Of a stretch of DNA of 53,985 nt, positions 1-13,120 are shown one piece after another; within the stretch, counting starts at the first letter, position 1, and each line of letters opens with the position of its first letter. The DNA is from Macrostomum lignano (lineage: Eukaryota). A model generated the notes under the pieces. The model saw only the letters and a list, made by a program, of their open reading frames with translations. It was not told the origin of the DNA and searched no databases. The stretch lies in contig NIVC01000674.1 of the NCBI GenBank assembly GCA_002269645.1, forward strand, positions 1-53,985. Direction: 5' to 3'. The translations under genes were made by a program, and so were the position numbers.

Positions 1-262
1 CTACCATTGAGAATTCCCCCCAGCTACTGAGCTACCATTGAGAATTGCCCCCCCCCCAGCTACCATTGAGAATTCCCCCCCAGCTACCATTGAGAATTGC
101 CCCCCCAGCTACCATTGAGAATTGCCCCCCCCCAGCTACCATTGAGAATTGCCCCCCACCAGCTACCATTGAGAATTGCCCCCCCCCAGCTACATTGAGA
201 ATTGCCCCCCCCAGCTACCATTGAGAATTGCCCCTCCACCAGCTACCATTGAGAATGCCCCA
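1..262. repeat. Intronic minisatellite, ~26-29 bp unit CAGCTACCATTGAGAATTG(C)n, truncated by window start
   Basis: About 9 tandem copies with a variable C-run, ending ~35 bp before the TDP-43 acceptor AG at 298-299. Confidence 0.95.
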
Positions 263-299
263 ATTTTTGTCTCAAATTGCTCCCCGCTCTGCCGCCCAG

Positions 300-937
300 A
301 ACCGCTGGTGCGAGGTGAAGGTGCCGATCAGCCAGGGCGAGCCGGCCGCCCCGGCCAGCGTGCCTCGCCGCGTTTTCGTCGGCGGCATCACGGAGGAGAT
401 GACCAGCCAGGTGTTGAAGGACTTCTTTAACCAGCACGGCACGGTGGAGGAAGTGTACATCCCCAAGCCGTTCCGCAACTTCGCCTTCGTCACTTTGCCG
501 ACTCAACCACCGTCGATCGCCTGGTCGGGCAGGACTTCGACATCGAGGGCACTACGGTCCACGTTGGCACCGCGATTCCGAAGCACGGCGGGAGCCTCGG
601 CTTTTCGGGTGGCGGCCTGGGCAGATGCGAGGCGCCGGGGTGGCGGCCACCAGATGGGACCACGCGAGGCCGTGGCTGGCAGCCAATGGGCGGGCGGCGG
701 CGGCGGCGGCGGTGGCCCCGGCGGCGGCCAGATCGGTTCGGGCGGCGCGCCTGGCGGCTCCGGGGTCTATCAGGATGTGGTGAACGTCCTGGCCTCGAAT
801 CCGCAGGTTCTGGCGGCCGCCCTGGCCCAGGTGACAAGCATGGCAACAGGCGGCGGCGGTGCCACGGGCGGCGGAGGCGGCGGTCGCGGTTACGGAGGTC
901 GGGCGGCGACCAGGGCGGCTACGGTAACTACTGGTAG
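300..937 (+). CDS. TARDBP: TDP-43 homolog, 3' terminal exon (end of RRM1, RRM2, Gly-rich tail); frameshifted as assembled
   Basis: After acceptor cccag: NRWCEVKVPISQGE...RRVFVGGITEEMTSQVLKDFFNQHGTVEEVYIPKPFRNFAFVT. Adding one T to TTT 494-496 continues FADSTTVDRLVGQDFDIEGTTVHVGTAIPKH, matching TDP-43 RWCDCKLP/KVFVGRCTEDMT/PKPFRAFAFVTFAD/VHISNAEPKH. The Gly-rich tail contains NPQVLAAALAQ; adding one G at 901-903 gives GGDQGGYGNYW* (TAG 935-937). At least one more frameshift lies between ~590 and 690. Confidence 0.88.
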
Positions 938-1304
938 CGCAGCAGCTGTGGGATCTGCAACTACTGAGTTCTTTGTTCGTTCGCCATTCAGCTATTAACA
1001 ATGTCTCATTTTTTGCTGACGATCTTTTGTGTAACACGCAGTTAATGCGGCTGATTTGTCGTCAAGTCTTGTAATAACTGTTTCCCTAGCCGCGGCGTCA
1101 GGTTTTCTCCCGTCTCCCATCGCCCTTGCTGTCTCGAATACCGACATCAAAATAGAATGATTAACCAGCTGGCTATCGCGTGAGTTTTGCTTCACTTAAT
1201 TTACGCGACATCCTGTTGTTGTTGTCTAGTGCAACATTGAATGCCTAACATTGGTTAAAGTACGCTTTTGTTTAGTTTATTTACTGGATATGTGGACCAT
1301 GCGG

Positions 1305-2310
1305 GACTGTCCGGTACTTATGACCGGTTCAAGAGACAGTCCGATCCTCATGACCGGTTCAAGAGACAGTCCGATCCTTATGACCGGTTCGAGAGACAGT
1401 TCGATCCTTATGACTGGTTCGAGAGACAGGTCGATCCTTATGACCGGTTCGAGAGACAGTCCGATCCTTATGACCGGTTGAGAGACATTCGGATCCTTAT
1501 GACCGGTTCGAGAGACATTCGGATCCTTATGACCGGTTCGAGAGACAGTTCGATCCTTATGACTGGTTCGAGAGACAGTCTAATCCTTATGACCGGTTCG
1601 AGAGACAGTCCGATCCTTATGACCGGTTTGAGAGACATTCGGATCCTTATGACCGGTTCGAGAGACAGTCTAATCCTTATGACCGGTTTGAGAGACAGTC
1701 GATCCTTATGACCGGTTTGAGAGACATTCGGATCCTTATGACCGGTTCGAGAGACAGTTCGATCCTTATGACTGGTTCAAGAGACAGTCGGATCCTTATG
1801 ACCGGTTCGAGGTATCGAGATATTCGAGATATATTCGAGATTCGAACTGTCTCTCGATCCTCATGACCGGTTCGAGAGACAGTCGGATCCTTATGACCAA
1901 TTCGAGACAGTCTAATCCTTATGACCGGTTTGAGTGACAGTCCGATCCTTATGACCAATTCGAGAGACAGTTCGATCCTTATGACTGGTTCAAGAGACAG
2001 TCGGATCCTTATGACTGGTTCAAGAGACAGTCGGATCCTTATGACCAGTTCCTGAGACAGTCCGATCCTTATGACCGGTTCGAGGTATCGAGATATTCGA
2101 GATATTCGAGATATATTCGAGATATTCGAGATTCGAACTGTCTCTCGATCCTCATGACCGGTTCGAGAGACAGTTCGATCCTTATGACCGGTTCGAGAGA
2201 CAGTTCGATCCTCATGACCGGTTCGAGAGACAGTTCGATCCTCATGACCGGTTCGAGAGACAGTTCGATCCTCATGACCGGAACGAGAGACAGTTCGATC
2301 ATTTTGACCG
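1305..2310. repeat. Minisatellite, 30 bp unit GAGACAGTTCGATCCTTATGACCGGTTCGA
   Basis: About 30 degenerate copies, interrupted twice by the same GGTATCGAGATATTCGAGAT...CTGTCTCTCGATCC cassette (~1810-1860 and ~2084-2150). Confidence 0.95.
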
Positions 2311-4319
2311 TTATAAAATACAACAATAATTCATAAGTGTGTCCTATGCTTACTACTATGTGCAGTTCAGAAAGATATATTAAACTTTTTTCTTACGCCA
2401 CATAGGTAAAATAGGGCCTTTTACCTTTGCAATATTTATTTCAATTCTTCAGTGGGTCAAGAACCCATGCGAACTCTCGCTCTTTTCCAGCATTAATTAA
2501 CCTTGCTTCATCTTCATATTTCACAGCAGTTTTCTGCCTCTATTTTGCTCGGCCGCAACATTGCTCAGCTGACTAGCGGTGCTGGTAGCAGTTGCTGATC
2601 GAAAAATAGTTCAGTAGGAGGTCACGCCCTCTTCTCTCCACCCGTCCGTGTAAGTCGGTCTTGGCTGGGCAAACTGGAGATAAACTTTGACAGGGCGAGA
2701 GAGTGAGTGCCAGGGTGGCTTATCTTGCACTCTGTTTTCTGACTGCTGTGACCCCGGTTGACCTATGGCCTACAATGGGGGCATCAGCTGAAAGTGAAGC
2801 GAGGCCTCAATGTTTTCTGGCCGTGTGTGTGTTGCGTGTTCTTTTGGGGGGGGGGAAGACTTGGCAGCCTTGGACTACTGCAACAAGGGCATCTTATCTG
2901 CAGCAAGCATTCAGGCTGTAGCAAGTACTGTTTTCTGACATATTGACTGCTGCTTAAGTGTAAGATTTCGCTGCGAGTGAACTTTGGAATTTAGGCTGCG
3001 GGAACCAAACTAGAAACGAGCCAGAGCCAGTGTGAGTCGCTATGTTACTCGTATCTTATTTTAATTTGCATTTGCATTTTCTACGAGATGACAGTGGCAA
3101 TTAGGTATGGTGTGTTCTATTAAGATTGGTTGATTGAATCCTGAGTCTCTCAAACAATGAAAACTCTCACCTGGACTTTCGGTTTCCAGATGAAGAATTT
3201 CTTTATTTGTATTAGTCTCACGGCGGTACCAGCCGCCACTACACTTTACAGTTGTGACCTTTGCTGTCACCTCCTCGGCCACTCCTCATTCATTCATTGT
3301 GCGACATCGATCGGACGTTCGCTTCTGTCCAGTGCATCCAGGACAATTGGCTGTGCTTCTCGTCACTGATCCTGGAGTACACGCGCGCACTTATGGACCG
3401 TTGCCTTGTCTATCAGGGTCTTCGTCGGGGGGGGGGGGGGGCTAGCTGTTTCGAAGCTCGCGTTAGTTTCCTCATCGGACGTTAATGCATCTGCATCCAT
3501 GACTCCAGTCAGTGCAAATTCCAGAAAAAATTGGCAAGGCTTTGGAGTGCAAAGGCAGCCACTGCTTCTCGAGCTGTTATGTCTGCCAAACGTTTGTTTG
3601 TCTGTCTGCTAACCTTGTCCGATCTGGGCGCACACAGTGCCGCGCACTGCATAATGCAGTGCAGTGCAGCCAAAACGCCCCGCGGGTCACCATGAATACT
3701 AGCTTAAAGCCCAAGCCACGCCTTGAGAATCGCACTGCACCGCAGGCGCGGCAGCAGCAGATAGCAAAAGTTTGAGCTTGGTCTAAAAATGGCTACCCAG
3801 GTCAGGAGGCAAGGCCTAAAACTCTTTTGCTGTCTGTCTCTGTCTGGCCAGTCAAGCTGCAGGTCACTCGCTGTCTCTACCGGCCTTCGGGTTCTGGGTG
3901 GGCAGCAAGCGGAATACAATGCAGGGAGAGGTTGAGCTGATGATGGCTGGGCGGCCTCTGCCAACTGTGGAGGTCACACACTGCATCATATACAGATATG
4001 GCTATTATTGTCTGTCTGTCTGTGCCCGCATGGCTATAGCTGAGGTTTGCTCACAAAAACAATAATTTTCAGAAGCAGCCAGTCTGATATAAATCATCTC
4101 TTTGCCGCCGGCCTACTGATCCGTGCTTCTGCCTCTCCTATTGCTCTTCTGTGAGCTGCTATGCTCTTAGCCTGTATGAAGCGAGGGTTGGCCCGAGACC
4201 CTGGAGTCTTTTGGACTGACTGCAGGTCGTTATTAGATCATTAATCGGCGTTTTTAGTATATTGAAACTATTGCAATTGAATGGGATTAATTACGAGTAA
4301 AATGGAACAGACATGGAAC

Positions 4320-5135
4320 GGAATAGAGTGAAATGGAATGAAGTGGAATGGGGTGGAATGGAATGGAAAGGAATGAAACATGGAAAGGAATGGGGTGGAA
4401 TGAAATACAATGGAGCGGAATGGAATGGAATGGGAGGGAGTGGAATGGAATGCAGTGGAATGGAATGGAGTGGAATGGAATGCAGTGGAATGGAGTGGAA
4501 TGGAATGGAGTGGAATGGAGTGGAATGGAATGGAGTGGAATGGAATGGAGTGGAATGGAATGCAGTGGAATGGAGTGGAATGGAATGGAGTGGAATGGAG
4601 TGGAATGGAATGCAATGGAATGGAACGGAGTGGAATGGAAGGGGAGTGGAATGGTGTGGAATGGAAGGGGAGTGGAATGGAATGGAGTGGAATGGAATGG
4701 AATGGAGTGGAATGGAATGGAATGGAGTGGAATGGAATGGAAGGGAGTGGAATGAAATGCAGTGGAGTGGAATGGAATTGAGGTGAATGGAATGGAGTGG
4801 AATGGAATGCAGTGGAATGGAATGGAATGCAGTGGAATGGAATGGAATGTAGTGGAATGGAATGGAATGCAGTGGAATGGAATGGAATGCAGTGGAATGG
4901 AATGGAATGCAGTGGAGTGGAATGAAAGGGAGTGGAATGGAATTGAGGTGAATGGAATGGAGTGGAATGGAATGCAGTGGAGTGGAATGAAAGGGAGTGG
5001 AATGGAATTGAGGTGAATGGAATGGAGTGGAATGGAATGCAGTGGAGTGGAATGAAAGGGAGTGGAATGGAATTGAGGTGAATGGAATGGAGTGGAATGG
5101 AATGCAGTGGAAATGAATGGAATGATGGAATGAAT
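4320..5135. repeat. (GGAAT)n-type pentamer satellite with GGAGT/GCAGT variants and a 65-bp higher-order unit
   Basis: Continuous GGAAT/GGAGT pentamers; a 13-pentamer block is repeated three times at ~4915-5110. Confidence 0.95.
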
Positions 5136-6547
5136 TGGAAAATAAAAGCGTGAAAAGGAGTGTAGTGGAAGGGAGTAACTTAGTAGGTGGAGCAGGCAAC
5201 TCCTCCATGTACTTAGTCTATATATTCAACACCCAGTGAGCAAGTCTGTTTGATGTTAAATCTTGACTTTGCATGCAATTAAGTTATCGTGTGCTGTAAG
5301 TAAGTGTCCTTGCTCCGTACCTAATGATAATCAGGTAAATAGACTCATAGTTGAAGTCTTTCTTAGAAAGTTAGAACAGAAAGAACGCCCCAGTCTAACA
5401 GCCTTCAAGCCCTTGACCAATAATGGTGGAGCAACAATAGTCCTCAGTAGAACGAACACAGCAATAATGGCGTGCCTGTCCACCCGGCCAGCTCCTCCTG
5501 TACGACAGACAGGTCGGGAAAAGTTTAAGCGGACTTGTTCTATGGCCTCAGGCTATTATAGCTGCCTGGAATTGGGTCGCAGCTGCAGGCACTGTAAGTC
5601 TTAGGGGGGGGGGGAGAGTCAACCTAATGCGGGCTCAAAGAGAAAATGTGCCAGGCATAAGCGGGTGAAAAACGCATGGCTCTAGCCACTAGCCATAGCC
5701 ACTGCGTACGAAGCCATATGCAATACTTCAGACGGACTTCTCTGCCAGACTGGGGAAGGCTGTTTGGCTTTAACTACGACAGTATGGATATAATTTGGGA
5801 CCGAACTCTTCATCTGACACCCCCTTTCTCTTCTCTAACTGTGCCACTTTACCGTCTTCTGTAATTGCTATTAGCTATCACAAAAACAAACTAAACAGCG
5901 CTGACCTCCACTCCACTCCTGCAGCCTCCCTTAGCCTGCGGGGCTCGCTTTATTTTTTTGGCTTAAATTTTGACCCCCTTAGCTTGACCAGCCGCCCTCT
6001 ACCACCCCACCACCCCAGACAGACAGCCCCCATTGGCTGCCTGCACCCCCATGCCCCCCACCTCCTCACGATCTCTCCTATGCCCCCATCGTTTTTTACT
6101 GGATTCAGCTGGAGAGCCCGCTGCGGGGGGGGGGGACGCAGGCAGACCGCGAACTTTTATAACCCTTTACCCCCCTGGCTGCCTTAGCCTTTCCACGTGT
6201 TCTGCGGTGGTGGCTCCCCCGCTCGCATACCACACACTTCCACCACACGCAGCCCTTGTCAGTTTTTTTCCCATATCCCCCACAACCAGACAAAGAGAGC
6301 CCCCTCCCCAGACCCCTCTTCCCCTATTTGCCCGATCTTCTCCCACCGCCCCCCCTGTCTGGGAGCTCTGATTCGCAACCTTATTCAACCCCTCAGACCT
6401 TAATTCATTCATATACGTGTTTGCTACATATAATAGCGTACGGCCTCCGCAACTATTCACATGCAAATGTCGCTCGCTTATCTTGACTGAAGGTTTTCTG
6501 CTCACGGTTCTAAAACATATTGGACACTGGACAGACAGACGGATAGA

Positions 6548-6727
6548 ATGCACAGAACTACCGAGGGATGCGACAACAGCGGGAGTTTCTTCCATGGAGG
6601 TCGCGGGCAGCAGCAGCCGCCGCCTCAGCTGATGGCCGGCCGTCCATTTGCACCTGGACATCCGCATGGCTCCGGCCTGCTGATGGCCCCCCTGGCCGAA
6701 CTGATGAAGTCTTCGCCTCACTTGTTG
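6548..6727 (+). CDS. Putative first coding exon of the NR2C receptor (N-terminal A/B region)
   Basis: GC-rich 60-codon ORF MHRTTEG...QQQPPPQLMAG...MAPLAELMKSSPHLL ending at strong donor TTG|GTGAGT (phase 0), compatible with the phase-0 exon at 12902. Confidence 0.5.
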
Positions 6728-6789
6728 GTGAGTGCAGGCTTTCTACTGTAAACCCTTGTCTTGGGGTCATTTAAATGAATCTTGTCTGA

Positions 6790-8100
6790 TACGGTCCTAA
6801 TGAGTCTGTTGGGGTGTCATTATGATCCTAATGAGTCTGTTGGGGTGTCATTATCCTAATGAGTCTGTTGGGGTGTCATTGTGGTCCTAATGAGTGTGTT
6901 GGGGTGTCATTATGATCCTAATGAGTCTGTTGGGATGTCATTATGATCCTAATGAGTCTGTTGGGGTGTCATTGTGGTCCTAATGAGTGTGTTGGGGTGT
7001 CATTATGATCCTAATGAGTGTGTTGGGGTGTCATTATGATCCTAATGAGTCTGTTGGGGTGTCATTATGGTCCTAATGAGTCTGTTGGGGTGTCATTATG
7101 GTCCTAATGAGTCTGTTGGGGTGTCATTATGGTCCTAATGAGTGTGTTAGAGTGTCCTTATGGTCCTAATGGGTGTGTTAGGGTGTCAATATGGTCCTAA
7201 TGGGTGTGTTAGAGTGTCATTATGATCCCAATGAGTGTGTTGGGTGTCATTATGGTCCCAATGAGTGTGTTGGGGTGTCATTATGGTCCCAATGAGTGTG
7301 TTGGGATGTCATTATGGTCCCAATGAGTCTGTTAGGGTGTCATTATGGTCCTAAGACCTAATGAGTCTGTTGGGGTGTCATTATGATCCTAAGACCTAAT
7401 GAGTCTGTTAGGGTGTCATTATGGTCCCAATGAGTCTGTTAGGGTGTCATTATGGTCCTAAGACCTAATGAGTCTGTTGGGGTGTCATTATGATCCTAAG
7501 ACCTAATGAGTCTGTTAGGGTGTCATAATGGTCCTAAGACCTAATGAGTCTGTTGGGGTGTCATTATGGTCCTAAGACCTAATGAGTCTGTTGGGGTGTC
7601 ATTAGGGTCCTAATGAGTGTGTTAGGGTGTCCTCATGGTCCTAATGGGTGTGTTAGGGTGTCATTATGGTCATAATGAGTGTGTTAGGGTGTCATTATGG
7701 TCCTAATGGGTGTGTTGGGGTGTCATTATGGTCATAAGGAGTGTGTTAGGGTGTCATTATGGTCCTAATGAGTGTGTTGGGGTGTCATTATGGTCCTAAT
7801 GAGTGTGTTAGGGTGTCCTTATGGTCCTAATGGGTGTGTTAGGGTGTCAATATGGTCCTAATGGGTGTGTTAGAGTGTTGGGGTGTCATTATGGTCCCAA
7901 TGAGTGTGTTGGGATGTTATTATGGTCCCAATAAGTCTGTTAGGGTGTCATTATGGTCCTAAGACCTAATGAGTCTGTTGGGGTGTCATTATGATCCTAA
8001 GACCTAATGAGTCTGTTAGGGTGTCATTATGGTCCTAATGGGTGTGTTGTTGTGTCATTATGGTCCTAATAAATCAATTTGTGTGACATAATGATCCTAA
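6790..8100. repeat. Minisatellite, 31 bp unit CTAATGAGTCTGTTGGGGTGTCATTATGGTC (38-bp variant with AAGACCT insert)
   Basis: About 40 tandem copies starting ~60 bp after the donor at 6728. Confidence 0.95.
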
Positions 8101-8679
8101 CTAATCCGTTTTAATCTCCTATATGATACTATCTTCTAGTACTTTTGAGTGTCATGCAGCTGTCACCCATGGGCTAGCAGTCCATGATCCAGTCCAGACT
8201 TAGTCCGCAGCTTGTCATTTAACTATCAGGCTTTTTTGTTTAAATCGATGATACTGTTTTATTATCTTATTATTAATTATGAGCTCTAGCTTATAATAGT
8301 GCTCAGAGAAGTTTGTTGTCCTGCCTGTCAAGATATCCCCAATCATTATCCTCCCTATTCTCGTCTTGTCTAAGATAAAGGAATTTAAAAATAGGCCAAA
8401 GCGTAGCGCAGTTTAGCGTAAACACATTGTGATGCAGTGAAGTACATTATTTAATAGTTTAGGTTTAGTATTAGTAATAGTATTAATATGAATTGTTATG
8501 TATTGCAACGGGTCTGTTAAGCTCTCGCTGGGTAACCCCTGCACACTCTTGCGCATTTTGACCTTGCCTTGCGCATATAGTTGTACGAGTATAGTTAAGT
8601 TTTGTAAACAGCATATTTTCTAACTCTAACAATGGGTAGTGACTGCCTTTTAGTATAGAGACTCGCTGACTCACGGCTC

Positions 8680-9430
8680 TGAGATTCTCTGGAGCATTCC
8701 CTAGGGGTAAGGGGAATATCAAAGTTGGAGAATTCTCTGGAGCATTCCCTGGGGTAAGGGGAATATCAAAGTTGGAGAATTCTCTGGAGCATTCCCTGGG
8801 GTAAGGGGAATCTCAAAGTTGGAGAATTCTCTGGAGTAAGGGAAATCTCAAAGTTAGGGAATTCTCTGGGGTAAGGGAAATCTCAAAGTTAGGGAATTCT
8901 CTGGAGTAAGGGAAATCTCAAAGTTAGGGAATTCTCTGGGGTAAGGGAAATCTCAAAGTTAGGGAATTCTCTGGGGTAAGGGAAATCTCAAAGTTAGGGA
9001 ATTCTCTGGGGTAAGGGAAATCTCAAAGTTAGGGAATTCTCTGGGGTAAGGGAAATCTCAAAGTAAGGGAATTCTCTGGGGTAAGGGGAATCTCAAAGTA
9101 AGGGAATTCTCTGTGATAAGGGGAATCTCAAAGTAAAGGAATTCTCTGTGATAAGGGGAATCTCAAAGTAAAGGAATTCTCTGTGATAAGGGGAATCTCA
9201 AAGTTAGGGAATTCTCTGGGGTAAGGTAAATCTCAAAGTTAGGGAATTCTCTGGGGTAAGGAAGAATCTCAAAGTTAGTGAATTCTCTGGGGTTAAGGAG
9301 AATCTCAAAGTTGGGAAATTTCTGTACCAAAGGGAATTTCAAAGCATGATTCTCATAAGCTAGCAGTTTTAAAGCTGGGATCTTTCTGAGCAATTGGGAA
9401 TTTCATTTAGATAATTCTCTGGAGCAGAGG
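8680..9430. repeat. Minisatellite, 35 bp unit GGGAATTCTCTGGGGTAAGGGAAATCTCAAAGTTA
   Basis: About 18 tandem copies; the first units carry an extra GAGCATTCCCT segment. Confidence 0.95.
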
Positions 9431-10035
9431 GAATCTCAAAGACACAGTCACTGCAGCGGTAAATCAGACCCAGCGGCTAAGCCCGTCAGTCCCGGCCACA
9501 GGAGGGGTCGGACAGGCAGGGCAGGAGAACCAGTATGACAGTTGGAACAAATATCATAGGAGCAGTTATTGCGGGAGGCCAGAGAAGTGCTGTATGCGAC
9601 ACAGGGCAGTTGGACTTGTATTAGGGAAATGCTTCAGTACCGCCCAGTGCAGCGGCCTCCGTGCTCTGGCCCACCGGCACAGCCACTATAGTAAGCGCGA
9701 GGTCCGAGAACCCTTAAAAAACTGTTGTTTTTGTTTTTTTTGGTTTTCAACAGAGTGGCCGCAGATCTGCTGGGTTGAAGGGCCGAAAGACAACCCCAGA
9801 CAGAAGTGCTTGCCATTGCTGAAGAAATCCCTAGTGATATTTCCGCTGCGCCGGCCTCTATCTATCTGTTTGCTTTCGTGCAGGCGACCTTTTCTCGTAA
9901 AAATAAAACGCAGATAGCTGGCCGGCACAAATAGGTAGGGGATGGGGGGTACAGATGACCCACAACTGAGGTGCACTGAATCACTAGAGTGGCTAAGTGC
10001 TTAGGGGCGGGGAGGGCTTGTTTGGCGACTCTGAC

Positions 10036-10058
10036 ACCAGACAGACCGACAGACAGAC

Positions 10059-10111
<53 letters not shown>

Positions 10112-10621
10112 GGCAGACAGATTGATAGATAGACAGACAGACAGACAGACAGGCAGACAGGCAGGCAGGCAGACAGACAGACAGACAGGCAGGCAGGCAG
10201 GCAGACAGACAGGCAGACAGACAGACAGACAGGCAGGCAGACAGACAGACAGACAGACAGGACAGAGAGGCAGGCAGACAGACAGACAGGCAGACAGACA
10301 GACAGACAGGCAGACAGACAGGCAGACAGGCAGGCAGACAGGCAGGCAGACAGACAGACGGGCAGGCAGACAGACAGGCAGACAGACAGACAGGCAGGCA
10401 GACAGACAGACAGGCAGGCAGGCAGACAGACAGGCAGACAGACAGACAGACAGGCAGGCAGACAGACAGGCAGGCAGAGAGGCAGGCAGGCAGGCAGGCA
10501 GACAGACACTAAGACAGACAGACAGACAGACACAGACAGACAGACAGACAGACACTAAGACAGACAGACAGACAGACAGACAGACAGGCAGGCAGACAGA
10601 CAGACAGACAGATAGACAGGC

Positions 10622-10666
<45 letters not shown>

Positions 10667-10738
10667 GGCAGGCAGGCAGACAGACAGGCAGGCAGGCAGA
10701 CAGACAGACATGCAGGCAGACAGACAGGCAGACAGACG
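10036..10738. repeat. (GACA)n/(GGCA)n compound microsatellite
   Basis: Direct inspection. Confidence 0.97.
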
Positions 10739-11304
10739 GATCATGCCCAGAATGACTGATTTGAAATTATTAGAAATCAAAATAATTTAAAACCTATTTG
10801 AATTTGTTTTATTAATAACTTCAAATTGTTCGAACCATTGGAGAAATAAAAAATTAGGAGAATTAGTCTTTAAATTGATTTTTCATCCCATCAATTGCTC
10901 GGAAAAATGCAGTGCAAAAAGGCAGTGTAGTCATCCGTTGAGTCCCAGTCCCCAAATTGGGACAATAATCCCCGATCCAGGTGACAATACTGTAGAATTG
11001 TTTTGTTGCAGAAACTGGCAATGAAAATAGAACTGTTAGAATCAGAAGGGAGAGTGGAGCTGGTAACCTGGCATTGTCAGCAGTCGGTGCTGCGAGAAGA
11101 TATTCACCAATCTTCTCTGTCAGTGATTCTGATCCGCCGTCACAGCGCGTGACTGCCGCTTTGCTGAGCGCGATGAAAGAGCAGCTTCGTTGTTGCAGTT
11201 GAGGTGCTCAGCTCCCCGTGTCTGCAGTTCGCAGTTCACTTCACACCTTCCGCCTCGCTTTGCCTAGCGTCTCTGCGAGTCGGCGCGGAGTGCCATCGTA
11301 AAAT

Positions 11305-12025
11305 CAGTTTCTGAGAATCGCTTTCTGATGATCAGTTTCTGAGAATCGCTTTCTGATGATCAGTTTCTGAGAATCGCTTTCTGATGATCAGTTTCTGAGA
11401 AGCGCTTTCTGATGATCAGTTTCTGAGAATCGCTTTCTGATGATCAGTTTCTGAGAATCGCTTTCTGATGATCAGTTTCTGAGAATCGCTTTCTGATGAT
11501 CAGTTTCTGAGAAGCGCTTTCTGATGATCAGTTTCTGAGAATCGCTTTCTGATGATCAGTTTCTGAGAATCGCTTTCTGATGATCAGTTTCTGAGAAGCG
11601 CTTTCTGATGATCAGTTTCTGAGAAGCGCTTTCTGGGAGTCGCTCTCTGAGAACCGCTCTCTAAGAATCGCTCTCTAAGAATCGCTCTCTGGGAATCGCT
11701 CTTCGAGAGTCGCTTTCTGAGAATCGCTCTCTAAGAATCGCTCTCTGAGAGTCGCTTTCAGAGAATCGCTCTCCAAGAATCGCTCTCTGAGAATCGCTCT
11801 CTGAGAGTCGCTTTCAGAGAATCGCTCTCTGAGAATCGCTCTCTGGGAATCGCTCTTCGAGAGTCGCTTTCTGAGAATCGCTCTCTAAGAATCGCTCTCT
11901 GGGAATCGCTCTCTGAGAGTCGCTTTCAGAGAATCGCTCTCCAAGAATCGCTCTCTGAGAGTCGCTTTCAGAGAATCGCTCTCTGAGAATCGCTCTCTGG
12001 GAATCGCTCTCTGAGAATCGCCCCT
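11305..12025. repeat. Minisatellite: 28-bp dimer TTTCTGAGAATCGC-TTTCTGATGATCAG switching to the 14-bp unit CTCTGAGAATCGCT
   Basis: 28-bp copies at 11305-11635, then a 14-bp-periodic array to 12025. Confidence 0.93.
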
Positions 12026-12544
12026 GAGAAAATTGCCGGTCTCACGCTGGAGAAGCCACGAACTGTCGGGCAGCAGCCGAGGCACTCCGCAGCGGTAAAG
12101 ATTCGATGGGTTCCCGGCTCCCCATAAATTCTAATTAGAGCAGAGCCTGGGCCGATCGCGTCACTGGGGCACGCCTTGACCCCTGGCCGGCCGCACAGCT
12201 GCACAATGATTTATGACCCGTCTGGGTTCCGCAGTTTTTAAGTTGGGAAGAGTTAGCCCTGCGGCGGCTGGGGCATGGGGGATGCAAAAATGCAGGCTAC
12301 ATCCGCCCCGGGGCCAGACAGACTTAAATAACCGCTGGCGCATACAGTGGAAATATTAGCAGCGCAGCCGGTCGCTTGGCACATCGTCAGGGATATTAAT
12401 TGCTGTTTGCGGCCAGACTTGCACAGTAAAGTGCTCCCACACTGCAGCGGCTTAGTGTGTAAGTGCAGAAAGTGCGCGGTGCCTTGGCTGCTGAGTCAGT
12501 CTGCATCCTAAATTGATATCCTAAATGTCAATTTGTACCCCGAA

Positions 12545-12850
12545 TAATGTCATTTTGAAGTTTGAAAGTGCCATTTTTAAAAACTAAATGTGAGTTTTTA
12601 TCCTAGAAAGTACCATTTTGAATCCTCCAGGTGCCATTTTGCATCCTAAACGTTGCCATTTTGAATCTTAAAAGGTGCCATTTTGAATCTTAAAAGGTGC
12701 CATTTTGAATCTTAAAAGGTGCCATTTTGAATCCTAAAAGGTGCCATTTTTAATCCTAAAAGGTGCCATTATGCATCCTAAACGTTGCCATTTTGAATCT
12801 TAAAGGGTGCCATTTTGAATCTTAAAAGGTGCCATTTTAAATCCTAAAGG
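12545..12850. repeat. Minisatellite, 22 bp unit AAAAGGTGCCATTTTGAATCTT
   Basis: About 10 copies ending ~50 bp before acceptor 12900-12901. Confidence 0.9.
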
Positions 12851-12901
12851 GTTTCAAGAGTTAAAATAAATTCTCGTCACCCGCCGCCACCCCAACCGCA
12901 G

Positions 12902-13120
12902 ATGGGTCTCAGAGGTTTGCCGCCGCACCTGGCCAGTCTTCACTCTCTCCTGGCGGCCCAGGCGAAAAAGTCCGCTGGCGAGTGCTGCGACCCTCTGCCG
13001 TCGGTCTCCGCGGGGAGCCCCAGCGCGAATGTCCGCCAGCAGCACCGAGCAGCGGCGGTGGAGCCGCCAGAACTTGACGGAACTCCGAATGGGAGCAGGA
13101 GCGGCGACAGCGCGATTCAG
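12902..13120 (+). CDS. Probable NR2C coding exon (low-complexity N-terminal region)
   Basis: Acceptor cccaaccgcag|ATG and donor CAG|GTGAGA; 219 bp, phase 0 at both ends, joining in frame to exon 13892. Confidence 0.7.

Noticed and set aside
4268-5208. Long ORFs such as [53 protein letters not shown]
   Set aside because: They are translations of stop-free micro- and minisatellites in introns or intergenic DNA, often open in several frames and on both strands.
2340-6540. Short ORFs and poly-G runs between TDP-43 and NR2C as a gene or TE
   Set aside because: No conserved motif, TIR, TSD or coherent splice pattern could be supported.
12071-12493. 15-bp inverted repeat CAGCAGCC(G/A)AGGCAC as a MITE
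   Set aside because: No TSD and no further arm similarity; the 25379-25464 inverted repeat was dropped for the same reason.
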